A stretch of DNA of 64,000 nt from Eledone cirrhosa (Eukaryota): contig OZ024741.1 of assembly GCA_964016885.1 (NCBI GenBank), positions 126,170,001 through 126,234,000 of the forward strand, read 5' to 3'. The position numbers were made by a program, and so were the translations under genes. Below, in pieces: positions 27,606-41,373 of this stretch; the first letter of the stretch is position 1, and each line of letters opens with the position of its first letter. The notes under the pieces were generated by a model. It did not search any database, was not told where the DNA came from, and saw nothing but the letters and a program-made list of their open reading frames with translations.

Positions 27606-29496
27606 CTTTTTGTTTCGAACACAAATTAGAACAAATCAATCGAATTTATTTATTTTTCTTTTGAGTATTTTATTTTACTAATCTGTTTATATAAAACCAA
27701 AACACACTATTAGAGGGAACAAAAAGACAGAAAAAAAAGGGAAATGAAAAGAAAAAAAGAAAAAAAAAAGAATCAAGCAACGGAAGAAAGGGAAAGGGGT
27801 GGGACTGACACTAAATCCCTGTGTGAGCGATGCCGCAGTCGCACCCCGCTGAAAAAAATACAAAAGCGTTACCACAGAGAATGGCCAGAGGCACACGCTG
27901 CAACAACCAGCTTACCCCACGAAGACCCCCCGCCCCTCTTATCTTTCTTTTAGTTTGCAGTAATTGTCACGTGTTCATATGTTTGGAGGTTTCGTGTACA
28001 TACAATATTTCGATCTTTTAAAAGACCTCCGAATGAAACAAATTGTTAATGAATGAACTAATGAGTAATTGGCAATACGAATCAACCTTTAAGGAATTAT
28101 TCCCTAATGTATTGCTATACCATTGTTTATTTAGGCTTAGAATTGCTTCACCCGGATAATTCAAAGAATGGACAAGAGGCAGTAGAAGGAAAGCAGAATA
28201 TCTAGAGAAGTTAATTGCAAGCTTAACTCAATCTGCTGTTTAGTTTTTCTTGGCATTGAGTAGAACAATGCTGTATTAATCACCTTATCTTCCCATTTGA
28301 ATTATTAGCTAACATAAAATAGCTCTTACAACAATTCGTGATAGGCAGCATACACTTCAATAGTTTCTCCTTGTTAGAGGAATACCTAACATGAGAGATA
28401 TTCACTTGATAGCTTCTTTGTTAATTCATTAAGTCACCAAACGTTTGTTTATTCGTTAGTCGTCTGTGCAAACAGAAGCAGATATATTTAAAGTATGTTA
28501 AAAGTACTCAGAAGATAAGGTGATGACACCATCGACATTGTAACGGCATGGCTACTTCAAATGAGTAGTTTAAACTACTTCACAGTCTGCTGCCACCAGA
28601 TGTGTGTGTGTGTTGGACCTCCGTCAGTTTCATCGGGACAGCTTATTCGTGAAATTAACGCCGAACTCAACTTTGTCTTTCATCGTCTTTCTCTTTCGAC
28701 GTCGATAAATAGCCTACCAGTTCAGTATTGGGGTTGATTCTTTCTCTCTTTTTCAGCATTCTCTCCCTCTCCCTTCTCTCTATCTATTTCTTACCCCTTC
28801 TCTCTATCTCATCCATTCTTTCTAGAATAAAACGTCTGTATTCAGACCTGGAGAGAGATGGACTCCACCAGGTTGAAATATCCCAGACATGCCGTATATC
28901 CCTACGGTGTTCCTACGTCCTCACCAGGAGTTAAAAGCCCATAGCATAGCAAAGATTTATTAATGAAAATTAAAACTCAGTCACCATGGCTTATTCTCGA
29001 TAAAAATTCTACAGGAAATTAATGTTCCATCCAGATATCAAATATCTGGACACCGGAAGTAAGTCGACTTCTTATATCTCGTTAGTTTCAAAGTTAAATC
29101 AATCTTCTGTTATTTCACAACGACATTTTGGCAATATTTTCTGTGGAGCATAGAGGTGATAGTTGTGGATGGCCGAATGGTTAAGTTCACTTTGTAGGCA
29201 TTAGGTCTCGGGTTCGATCCTAAATTGTGACATCATGGACACGTATCATTTACCATAGACCCAGATTGACCACCACCCAAATTCCCTCACCTGGTATAGG
29301 TCGACCTAAGGCTATGGTAAATGATACTTGTCCAAGATGCTATGGTGTGGGATCAAACGCAAGACCTAATGATTTCGACCATGGGGGTCCACTATCTGTG
29401 GTTGTGACAATAAGATTAACAAAGTTTCTGTTTACAAAGTTAACATGAAATTTCAAAATTTATTCAAGCCAAAAATTGTGTATGAAATGTATTCTT

Positions 29497-30720
29497 ATTG
29501 GCAGTATTGGTAGAGGGTCGGACGCCATGCTTTGACGCATAGAATTACGGCCCTTACCATTCTGAGTTCAAATCCCACCGAGGTTAACTTTGCCTTTCAT
29601 CCTTACGGGGGTCGATAAAATAAAGTACCAGTAATGCACTGGGTAATTGCTGGCCTTGTGCCAAAAGTATAAACAATTATTTCTAATCTGAGGGTGGGGA
29701 ATTGGCAGTATCGATAGAGCGTCGGATAACATGGTTCGCAGCATAAAATTACGGTCCTTTATGTTCTGAGCTCAAATCCCTCCGAGGTTAGCTTTGCCTT
29801 TAATCCTTACGGGGTCGATAAATTAAAGTACCAGTAACGTACTGATTTCGATTTAATCGATTTTCCCTGCCTCCAAAATTGCTGGCTTTGTGCCTATATA
29901 AGAAACCATTATTTCTAATCTGTTAAGGGGGCGGATTGGTCGTATCGGTAGAGAGTAGGACAACATACTTTGCAACATACAGTTACTACCCATTACATTC
30001 TGAGTTCAAATCCTGCCGAAGTTAGCTCTGCATTTCATTCTTTGGGGTCGTTAAAATAAATCAACGCACTGGGGTTAATTTAAACGACTTTCTCCTCGAC
30101 CCAAATTGTTGGCATTTCCGAAACCATTAGATTGGTAGAGTATCGGGACACATCTATTGGGGTCGATTTGATCGACTTTCCTTTTCCCTTCAAACTGCTA
30201 GTATTTTGACAAATGTATTGACAATTATTTCTAAACAAACTGTTAGTGCGGTGATAAATGATTTTGATCTCTACAAAATGGTAAAAGGTGGTGGATTACT
30301 AGAATTATTAGAGCGTAAGACACAATGCTTGACGGTATAGTTGCTTCGGCTCTTTATATTCTCTGTCCAAATCCCGTTTATATCGACGTTGCCTTTCTTC
30401 CTTCCGAGGTCCAAAAAATAAAGTACCATTCAAGCACTTGAGTTGACATAATGGACTATCAACGTAACATTTCATTCAAAATTGCTGGCCTGATGCCCAA
30501 ATAAAAACTCATTAAGGGTGGTGTATTGGCAGAATCAAAAGAGCGTCGGACAAAATGCTTAGTGGAATATTTGTTTTGTTCTGAGTTAAAACTTCAGCTT
30601 TATCTTTCACGATTCCGCGGTCAATAAAATATAGTACCAGTCAAGTACTGAGGTCGATGTAATCGTCTTTCTTATCTCCTTCAAATTGCTAGCCTTGTGC
30701 CTAAATTGGAAGCCATGATT
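29497..30720 (+). mobile_element. Cluster of 5-6 co-oriented SINE family 1-related copies of differing divergence
   Basis: Repeated attggcag..tagagcgtcgga heads and gtcgataaaataaagtaccag bodies at about 29497, 29692, 29927, 30125, 30286 and 30516. Confidence 0.8.
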
Positions 30721-31408
30721 AGAACGTCAAACCTAACAGGAAAATTGTCCAAATTCTGCTTACATACGAGTTTTAAGATACGTACGTTACGCTTATATAA
30801 ATATCATCGGCTATGTGCAGCTATATCAAGTATTTCAAACTTACATTAAATTATAGAAGGATGTTAGCTAAATATGATCAACTTTCCCTTCCCATCAAAA
30901 TTGCTGGTTTTGTGCTAAATTTACAATTGATTATTTTTCTACGTTCATCTTCTTACAATATGAACGGCCACCAGTATTGAACGTGAGCAAAATTCCCCAG
31001 CTTTGAAATGTGTCGTCAAAATGTTAACAATATTGTAAATCAATTCGTCCCTAACCTGTTTCTATTCATAAATTCTCTTCGCGTGTAAGGAATTGGCAAA
31101 ACTATCTAAAACATGCTAATATTGTCTTAGCTTTAATTTAGTTGCCTGCCAGAGGCTTTGGAGTCCAAAACATTTAAATATTTCTGATAAACTAGAGCTA
31201 ATCTCGAGAAAACATGATTGTAAATATAAAGTAACATACTCTGTTCGTTCTATCTGTAACATTGCTCTCATAGATTCAAAATGAATTACAAATTTTTAAT
31301 GAAAAACTTAATTTTGGAATTTCACCCAAAGCAACTCTGACGTTGATTTAAATATGTATTCATCTCACTACATAGGTTCACGATAAGGAATGCTTCCAGC
31401 TATATATA

Positions 31409-31469
<61 letters not shown>

Positions 31470-31550
31470 GTGCGTGTGTGTGTGTGTGTATATATATACA
31501 TATATACATACATATATATGTATATCTATATAGATCTATATATGTATATA

Positions 31551-31761
31551 ACCAAAGATTTATATGGTTCATTGATTACTCAATGAATATAGTTTTACAA
31601 TAGATTAAAAGCACTCTACAAGGAAGTTTTCTGGAGTTATTAATATTATTCAAAATATTAATAAATGAAGACATTCACATAATCAAAATATATGTTTTAT
31701 TATATATATTTCGAAGGTACTGTGCTGTTTTTTCAGTACGTCCTCGTCAGATAAAATACAT
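31551..31761 (-). mobile_element. Family B hammerhead element (HHR 31690-31761)
   Basis: ttttat-CTGACGA-ggacgtactg..cagtaccttc-GAAA-tatata-TA-ataaaa; homologous to 15111-15320. Confidence 0.8.
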
Positions 31762-32647
31762 GAATTGATGTATGACATACCTCAACGGTCTTGATGGTTC
31801 AATTCCAGTATTGGCAGTGATTTATTACAACAAACCTCAACATTTATAAACCACAAATAATAACATAATAAACTTAAATTTAAAGAAGAAAAGGATGTGG
31901 AGCGAGATATGGGTATATATGAAGGGGGTTAATATGAGGAAATGCAAGAAGAAAATAAATAAACAGATACATACATAAATATTTAAATGAGTAAATAGAA
32001 GTATTAGGGAATACATATATAAAAGGAAAAAGGAAGAGAGAGAGAAGTGAAAAGAAGAACGAAGAAATAACGACAAAAAAGAAAGAAAGAAATGAGGTGG
32101 ATAGGTATAAAGACCGTTGTTTTCAAATATTAAGTCAAATTGAGGCAACCAATTAAATAATATGAAATTTTTAATATCTTTTGTATTTGGTTATGTTTAA
32201 GCTAATTATACTTATATATTATATCAAAATTAAACAATATAAAAATATTTTCTATAGCCATCAGATATAGTTTAATTAAGTAATATATTCATTAAATATT
32301 TTGTTACAACATTTAAACATTTTTTATCTTTAAAGCATATTTAGATAATTATTAAATATGTATAGAGCTATTTATTAAAACATATGCATATATCACCATC
32401 AGTATATATATTTTATATTACATTAATATCATTTGTTATCTGAATTATTATATTTTCTTTATAAAATCATTTCAATTCATTGATTGTCATTTCATTACAG
32501 GATTAATTTGTAGTTATATTTATTCTCAAAAGTTTTATTATTCCTAATTTACTTCCATAAAATAAAGTACCAGTAATGTACTGGGTTATTGCTGGCCTTG
32601 TGCCAATAGTAGAAACCATAATTACTTATTATTATATATAGTTTCCC

Positions 32648-32831
32648 GGTGGATTGGCAGTTTGGTAGAGGGTCGGACGCCATGCTTTCCAGCATAGTCA
32701 CGTCCCTTTACGGTCTGAGTTCAAATCCCGCCGAGGTTAACTTTGCTTTTCATCCTTACGGGGTCGATAAAATAAAGTACCAGTAATGTACTGGATAATT
32801 GATGGCCTTGTGCCAAAAGTAGAAACAATTA
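32648..32831 (+). mobile_element. SINE family 1
   Basis: Full A/B box and body. Confidence 0.85.
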
Positions 32832-33199
32832 TATATAATTTCCCTTTAAGGATTACCATATATTATTAAACTGTATAAATCATGTTAAATATACTTTAGC
32901 AAGCTATTCGGACAGAACAAAATTATTTACGAAGAATGCAAACAAAGGAAGATAACTCGTTCATCATATGTGAACATTTAAAACATTTAAGTATTTTGAA
33001 AACCAAAAGATATTTCAAACCACAAATCAAGAAATTTCTAGTTAAACAATGACCTTTCTAAATCCAAACATAGGATACTGAGACACATCATGAGATTAAT
33101 TTACTAGATAAAAACGACAAACAATTTTTACCGGTAAGGCAAAACGTTATATATATAATTTTTTAAGAATTATTAATAGTCAATATTTTTTCAAAATTT

Positions 33200-34846
33200 G
33201 TATAATGCTTGAAAAGTTCTTCCAGACTTATGTTGACAGCTACTAAATAACTCATTTTTCTTATTAATTAAATTACCATAATTTGTAATTATCAATAGTC
33301 TCTAAATTGCAAAGATTGCAATTTGGTGAATTGGATGCATTTCGGTAGGAATCAGTATACTTTAACTTACTCCAAAAAATTGAGTATTTGATATTTTTTT
33401 CCTTCAAAGACCATATTAATTGTGAGAGTGATGTAGACATTTTTTTATCTGGATTAGAAAAAGAATGTTTATGATTATAAAAGCGAAACTTAAACTTAGA
33501 TGAAGTGGCACCAATGTAGTCATATGTATTATTATTATTATTCTTAATAGTACATTTATACACCAGATTCTTGTGAAGGCAGTTATTTTGTAAAGGGCAT
33601 TCTGATTTCCTTCTACAGTTACAATTCATTTCGATGTTATTTCTATAACCTAAACTATTCGTATTATTATTATTATTGGGTGGTGGTTTGGCAGTATCGG
33701 TAGAGGGTCGGACAACATGCTTTGTAGCACAGAGTTACGCCCCTTTCTGATCTGAGTTCAAATCCTGCCGAGGTTAACTTTGTCTTCATCCTTACGAGGT
33801 CGATAAAATAAAGTACCAGTAATGCACTGGGTAATTGCTGGCCTTGTGCCAGTAGAAACAATTATTATTATTATTATTTAGAGGTGTTCTACTATTATTT
33901 GTATTTAAACTATTATTATTGTTATTCCAATTAACTAATGTATTATTATTATTATTGTTATTATCGCTAATTATATGCTGGTTCAAATTAAGATTTTTAC
34001 TATTTATTTTTGCTATATTTTGAGCAATATTCATAGTTGTTGAATAAGAGAGTTTAACTGTGTGTCTATTGATGATAGAGTAAAACTTATCTGATCTAGG
34101 GAAACATTTATCCAAGGCTTTAAAAAATAAATGTGCTAAAGGTGTTTTAATAGCTAAAGATGCTGGCGGAGCATACCAAATTATAGATCTAGTCCTTATT
34201 TTTCCCCCCAATTTATTCCTCAAGTTGTTGTTTTTACAGTCAATTCCATTATTGTTATTATGAATACTGAGATTATAATTAATATTATTTTCTTCTACAT
34301 ACTCAATATTATTTTTATATCCTGCTTTATGTAAGGCTTCATTATAATATACTGCTTTACTATTAAATATGGATCTATTAGCAGATAGATCCATATTTGT
34401 TGTTGGATATTCGTTGTTGGACACTGTTGACTATTGCATTTTTAACACTTTTAGGATGATTAGAGTAAAAACTAACATAATTTAAGTTTCATTGAGTTTA
34501 TGGAAGGGGTAATAGAAGCCTGAATTCAAATTAAGAGTTAAATCTAAAGAATTAACTATTTTATTGTTATTTTCTACTTCTAATTTCAGGTCATAATTTT
34601 TAAAGAATTCTATAATTACTTTCTTTACACTATTTAATTCGCTATTATTATGTCTATCTACAGTAAGTAATATGTCGTCTCCATATAAACCACCGGTAAT
34701 CTCCGGCAGTTTTCTATTTATCATATTAAGGATGAAAATTCCCACAAGATCGGTAACTTGCGCCGAATCAGACGAGCCCATAGTAATGTCAACATTTTTC
34801 TGCCTATCTGATCTAGTCCAAAAATCATTATTAAAATCAATCAAGT
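33200..34846 (-). pseudogene. 5'-truncated, frameshifted PLE (same lineage as 177-2513)
   Basis: MGSSDSAQVTDLVG, YGDD, IIWYAPP, CNCRRKSECPLQNNCL, LVY..YIG; interrupted by a SINE. Confidence 0.9.
33678..33866 (+). mobile_element. SINE family 1 inserted in the poly-Asn (AAT)n tract of the PLE
   Basis: (TTA)n on both sides; the PLE frame continues across the insertion. Confidence 0.88.
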
Positions 34847-34958
34847 AGAATTATTTATATATATATATATATATAAAGAATTCTACTTGATTGATTTTAA
34901 TAATGATTTATATATATTTATTGATATGATTATATATGATTTATATATATTTATATAT

Positions 34959-36374
34959 AAATTGGAATAAATGCTCTGAAATAGCGATATATATGTGAAT
35001 ATAGACATAGAATATTCGAAAATATTCTGTATGTTTATAATAAACATTTTGAAGACCTAATCGCTATAGAATAGAATACGTCACGTATTACAATTAGATT
35101 CTCGATAAAAGCAAGGGAAGTAATCTACGCGTTTCATTCTTGTTAGAAATCTTCAGGACTACATATCCAGTGCTTTTATCGAGAATGACACAGCTAGAGA
35201 CTTATAGAATACTTAGCTGTGTACAGGAACTGGTTTGAAAGAGCGGTTGCCGGTCCGGCAGAAATTAGAAATTGGAATAAATGCTCTGAAATAGCGATAT
35301 ATATGTGAATATAGACATAGAATATTCGAAAATATTCTGTATGTTTATAATAAACATTTTGAAGACCTAATCGCTATAGAATAGAATACGTCATACAGAA
35401 TATAAACATACAGAATATTTTCGAATATTCTATGTCTATATTCACATATATATCGCTATTTCAGAGCATTTATTCCAATTTCTAATTTCTGCCGGACCGG
35501 CAACCGCTCTTTCAAACCAGTTCCTGTACACAGCTAAGTATTCTATAAGTCTCTAGCTGTGTCATTCTCGATAAAAGCACTGGATATGTAGTCCTGAAGA
35601 TTTCTAACAAGAATGAAACGCGTAGATTACTTCCCTTGCTTTTATCGAGAATCTAATTGTAATACGTGACGTATTCTATTCTATAGCGATTAGGTCTTCA
35701 AAATGTTTATTATAAACATACAGAATATTTTCGAATATTCTATGTCTATATTCACATATATATCGCTATTTCAGAGCATTTATTCCAATTTCTAATTTCT
35801 GCCGGACCGGCAACCGCTCTTTCAAACCAGTTCCTGTACACAGCTAAGTATTCTATAAGTCTCTAGCTGTGTCATTCTCGATAAAAGCACTGGATATGTA
35901 GTCCTGAAGATTTCTAACAAGAATGAAACGCGTAGATTACTTCCCTTGCTTTTATCGAGAATCTAATTGTAATACGTGACGTATTCTATTCTATAGCGAT
36001 TAGGTCTTCAAAATGTTTATTATAAACATACAGAATATTTTCGAATATTCTATGTCTATATTCACATATATATCGCTATTTCAGAGCATTTATTCCAATT
36101 TCTAATTTCTGCCGGACCGGCAACCGCTCTTTCAAACCAGTTCCTGTACACAGCTAAGTATTCTATAAGTCTCTAGCTGTGTCATTCTCGATAAAAGCAC
36201 TGGATATGTAGTCCTGAAGATTTCTAACAAGAATGAAACGCGTAGATTACTTCCCTTGCTTTTATCGAGAATCTAATTGTAATACGTGACGTATTCTATT
36301 CTATAGCGATTAGGTCTTCAAAATGTTTATTATAAACATACAGAATATTTTCGAATATTCTATGTCTATATTCA
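34959..36374. mobile_element. Retrozyme-like array: 310-bp monomer, about 1.4 inverted copies (34959-35393) plus about 3.1 tandem copies (35401-36374)
   Basis: Copies appear identical. HHR gtagtc-CTGAAGA-tttct aaca agaat-GAAA-cgcg-TA-gattac at 35588, 35898, 36208 (+) and 35120-35162 (-); stem I extended by attctcgataaaagca/tgcttttatcgagaat. Confidence 0.92.
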
Positions 36375-36417
36375 TATTTATATATATTTATTATAATGAT
36401 ATATATATATATATATA

Positions 36418-36876
36418 TTTTGAGTTTATGTTGGTTGTATACCAACACCTCAGTATGCAGGCTGGAGCACTCGACGAAGTGCGCAGGTTGGTTTGGTTAC
36501 TCCGGAGTAATGTAAAATAAAGTTAAATAAAAAGTCAAATGTTTAAAATTTAGCTTCGTTTATTACTGTTATATATATTTCAGTGACAGCCATCTTTGGC
36601 TGTGACCTCTTCAGGCAGTTTGAATTAGTATGGTATAGACAAGTACATATGTTGTTGAGGTGTATAATATTGTCAATACTCTGATATGCCCAGTTCCTGG
36701 TTGGGTTGTTATTTCACTGAGGAACTGGAATCATATGATTCCAGTTCCTGTACTTGTCTATACCATACTAATTCAAACTGCCTGAAGAGGTCACAGCCAA
36801 AGATGGCTGTCACTGAAATATATATAGCAGTAATAAACGAAGCTAAATTTTAAACATTTGACTTTTTATTTAACTT

Positions 36877-36885
<9 letters not shown>
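36418..36885. mobile_element. Hammerhead element family C with inverted arms; HHRs at 36565-36619 (-) and 36777-36831 (+)
   Basis: actgc-CTGAAGA-ggtcacagcca aaga tggctgtcact-GAAA-tatata-TA-gcagt; homolog at 55798-56056. Confidence 0.85.
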
Positions 36886-36961
<76 letters not shown>

Positions 36962-37042
36962 AAAGGTAAACAGAAATAACACAACCGGTACAGTATATGG
37001 AAGGGATATATTAGCTTAACGCTTGATATAGCAAGAAGAGGG

Positions 37043-37078
37043 TCTTAACGTTTCGGACGCTAGTCCTTCATCAGAAGA
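37043..37078 (-). ncRNA. Minimal hammerhead typical of PLE pseudo-LTRs; decayed relative at 6099-6134
   Basis: tctt-CTGATGA-aggac tagc gtcc-GAAA-cg-TT-aaga. Confidence 0.75.
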
Positions 37079-37617
37079 AAGAATGAGAAATAAGATAGAT
37101 TGAGGGGACGGGCGGGTTGGAATTGGAAAAAATATCTTTAGATAAAAATAACAGGTCCATTCATGTTGACATCTCTTGCAAAACTGTTGGTGCTGGCGTT
37201 TTGTGTATGGTTTATCTTTTAGAAAAGTGGATGATGGTGCGCGTCTACCTGAAATGAAAAAAAAAAACGTTTTGTAAAAAGAGCTATACTTTTGCACGTG
37301 CGTAAGCAATTGTGTGTGTGTGTGTTATACGTCCGTACGAAGCTAAGAAGAAATGTGTGTGTATATGTGAGTAAAAGAGTGTGTGTGCATGTAAGTACGA
37401 AGCTATGAGCAAAAGTATGTTAATATAAGGGTGTGTATGTGTGTATACATAGGAGTGAAGGGAAAAGTGGAGTGAGCATATATAGTCGGCCTGTATTAGT
37501 TGTAAGAGATGTTAATGATCAAGAGAAAGCGATAGGAATCAAGGGGTGTGATATGCGTGTTTGTGTATGTATAAATGTGTGTGTTTGTGCATGTATACAT
37601 ATATATGCATATATGTT

Positions 37618-37664
<47 letters not shown>

Positions 37665-38493
37665 GCACACACCACCATATTCCCATATATTTATGTACTG
37701 CATTTTTATTCTTACTATACATGTTTTTGAACAAAATATAGCATTTAATATTGAATAATTTTCACAGTCAATCAAGACTTCTTTTAAACAGATTTAATTA
37801 GAACTTGTAATAACATTTTGTTTGTTGTTTATGAAGCTATAATGATCTGTAAGATTCCTTCTCTACATAGACTGTTCTTTTAATTATTTCGTATTCTTTG
37901 GCGACATGACTTGCCACTAAACTAGGTAACTTTACATCAGGTTATCAGAGAAAAAAAATTATTTTAACGAATTTAATATCAAAATATCGCAATGAAATTT
38001 TTGCTTTGTTTTATTAAAACTATTTGTAAAAATTCTTAAAAAACCTGAGATCGAAGGAGGTTTTTTTCTTCGTGTAGTTTATTATACAAATATAATTATT
38101 TTGGATAATCAAACGTATTTTCTCACGCTTAAGGATGCTTCATACTAAACGTTAAGTCGGAGTCTTTGGAAAGTACAGGCTAACTAATTAACTTTCATCT
38201 CAGAATTAGTTGATGTGCATTTAATTTACTTTGGTATTTTCGATGATTGAGAAATCAAAAGAATAGCATGGTGTATTATCCATTTCTATCTTCGGTCCGC
38301 GTTTTTAAGCAATTAATTCACTGAACCCTTAACTCTTGATAGGAGTGCCGTTGTAGAATATAATGTGTTTTCGACGTTTTAACTTGGCGGAGCTCATCTT
38401 TTTCCTCTTTCTTGGTTTTAAACAGGCCGATTTCTTATATATATATATATATATATAAAATTTAGAAGTTTACATACACGTAAACTAGACAGA

Positions 38494-38530
<37 letters not shown>

Positions 38531-38536
<6 letters not shown>

Positions 38537-38718
38537 AAGTGAGTCCTTCATCAGTGACCCTCCAACCGTCCTAGGCATTTCATCGCTTTAAGGGCCATAT
38601 GCCTCAGGTTGGTGCGAACAACGGCTAAAAAAAGTCGTTGGGACATGTAAACAAAGGGGACGCCAGGGTAATGCCTAGGACGGTTGGAGGGTCACTGATG
38701 AAGGACTCACTTTTTCAT
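38531..38718. repeat. Inverted repeat (about 48-bp arms, about 90-bp spacer) between (TA)n tracts
   Basis: atgaaaaagtgagtccttcatcag...ctgatgaaggactcactttttcat; has CTGATGA but no complete hammerhead. Confidence 0.75.
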
Positions 38719-38753
38719 ATGTATCCCATTTGCAACGCCGCAGCTCCATTATT

Positions 38754-38819
<66 letters not shown>

Positions 38820-38822
<3 letters not shown>

Positions 38823-39929
38823 CGAAGGAAATGTGGTAAGGAACCAGGTGGACCATAACGCACCAAAGTACTCAATACTTAGGGTAGTAGAGTAGGTAAT
38901 AGGAACGAGTAGGACCCCGACGGCTGAGCTCAGGCCGTTTCGACGGCTAATTCTGGACAAATTACCACTCTATTACCCACTCTACAACCCTAAGTATTGA
39001 GTACTTTGGTGCGTTATGGTCCACCTGGTTCCTTACCACATTTCCTTCGTTATCTAGCTCCTATTCCCGTAGTAGAGCACTTTCCGACCCTACCACGCCG
39101 TATTCAGACTTTTCCGCTAAGCTCAAGTTCTTTCACCCGCACCATGCGAAAACACAACATCGACTTCTCTACCAAGAACATCCCAGTTCCACCGAAAAAA
39201 CTTTACCTTTGGATGCTCACGCAAAAAATCGATCTATTTGCGAAAAGACTTAGATGGAGAACTTTTTTCTACGACAGATATTGCGACAATCAGGACTTCG
39301 GTACCAAGGAGAGATTCGGATCTAATACCTACAAATCTCCCCCTCCGAACCTTATGCTCTCACCCTTCGAGAATGACCTTTTCCAACTGGTCAAGAACAT
39401 TAAATTCAAACCCAGACGCAACCGATTCCTACAAAAACTCCGTAGCAACTTAACAGATTATGATAACACCAATGACATCATGGTGCACTCGGATAAAACT
39501 GGTAACCTCTACTTTGTCAACCCCGACAGATACCACACACTGATCAGGAGCAGCCTAAACTCCACCTATAAAAAGGCTAACCACTCATGCATCGAGGACA
39601 TAAATCGAGATGGACAACAAATTACCTCCAGCCTCGGGGTCGCCGACCGCACGGAACTCCTACACCCACGGACACCCTACTTCACACTGAAGGACCACAA
39701 ATCCGATTTCGACCGTAAACCTTCTATCAGGCTTATAAACCCAACGAAGTCCGACATAGGGAGAATCAGCAAAGAAATCCTAGACCACGTTATACCAAAA
39801 GTTAAGCAACACGCCAGACTTAGCCTATGGGTCAACACACAGGAAGTAATCTCATGGTTCAGCAATATAAAAGAGTCCAGAATTAGCCGTCGAACGGCCT
39901 GAGCTCAGCCGTCGGGGTCCTACTCGTTC

Positions 39930-39931
<2 letters not shown>
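38820..39931 (+). mobile_element. Rearranged PLE: inverted pLTR, direct pLTR piece, 5' third of the ORF (ATG 39144 to about 39872), then another pLTR piece
   Basis: FSTKNIPVP, KRLRWRTFF, HSDKTGNLY, TLKDHK, RLINPTKSDIGRISK; the ORF breaks before the RT core; (TA)n on both sides. Confidence 0.88.
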
Positions 39932-40009
<78 letters not shown>

Positions 40010-40317
40010 TGGCAACCATTCACAGTGTGGCTCAATGACGAATTAATTAATTAAATCAACAATAAGAGCAATATATAAGAAAGTAAGTCCTTAGAATCAT
40101 TAGATAAAATATATACACTATTTCTTCTCCCAATCAGCATAATCAACCATACAAAAAATCATTTAAACGAGGCTATAAGTTTAAAATATACCTACAAAGA
40201 AATAATAGATAAATAAATGATAGCTTTTTATCCGCGATTCACAGCCACAGAAAATTTACCTAGTATTTCTGATAATTTTTAGTTATAACGTCCGTGATAT
40301 TTGCTCTGATCTGAACA

Positions 40318-40531
40318 AACATCACGGACGCTCTATCTCAAAATTATTTTTGAAAAGCATTAGAAATGCGCAACCGGTAAAACTTAAAACCAAAACTGAA
40401 TACTAACCAATACAATTACTAATTCTCACTTATTCCTAATTAAACTATTTTTCACTGAACAATTTGTCAGCATTTTCTATTCCGTTTACCAATATATAAT
40501 AACTTGTGTGTTACACCTCTATTCTTTTAAA

Positions 40532-40608
<77 letters not shown>

Positions 40609-40624
40609 ATATGTATGTGTGTAT

Positions 40625-40684
<60 letters not shown>

Positions 40685-40764
40685 ATATATATATATGTAT
40701 ATATATATGTATATATATATGTATATATATATGTATATATGTATATATTATATATGTATATCTA

Positions 40765-40837
<73 letters not shown>

Positions 40838-40860
40838 GTGTGTATAAGTGTGTACATATA

Positions 40861-40893
<33 letters not shown>

Positions 40894-41288
40894 TTAAAAG
40901 AATAGAGGTGTAACACACGAGTTATGATACATTGGTAAACGGAAAAGAAAATGCTGACAAATTGTTGACAGTGGAAAATACTTTATTAGGAATAAGCGAA
41001 AATTAGTAATAGTATTGGTTAGTATTCAGTTTTGGTTTTAAGTTTTACCGGTTGCGCATTTCTAATGCTTTTCAAAAATAATTTTGAGATAGAGCGTCCG
41101 TGATGTTTGCTCTAATCTGTGATGTTTGCTCTATCTCAAAATTATTTTTGAAAAGCATTAGAAATGCGCAACCGGTAAAACTTGAAACCAAATCTGAATA
41201 CTAACCAATACTATTACTAATTTTCACTTATTCCTAATTAAACTATTTTTCACTGTGAACAATTTGTCAGCATTTTCTTTTCCGTTTA

Positions 41289-41293
<5 letters not shown>
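40318..41293. mobile_element. Three alternating-orientation copies of an about 200-bp element with a hammerhead-like TTGAAAA..GCAA-ccgg-TA motif
   Basis: 40318-40532 (+), 40892-41110 (-), 41128-41293 (+); motifs at 40347, 41043 and 41145. Confidence 0.75.

Positions 41294-41373
<80 letters not shown>

Noticed and set aside
27760-27960. GC-richer island as a possible exon or promoter
   Set aside because: No recognisable protein motif, splice pattern or promoter evidence.
35401-36374. Tandem arrays as CRISPR or ordinary satellite
   Set aside because: There are no unique spacers or cas genes; low copy number, inversion and an HHR point to a retroelement.
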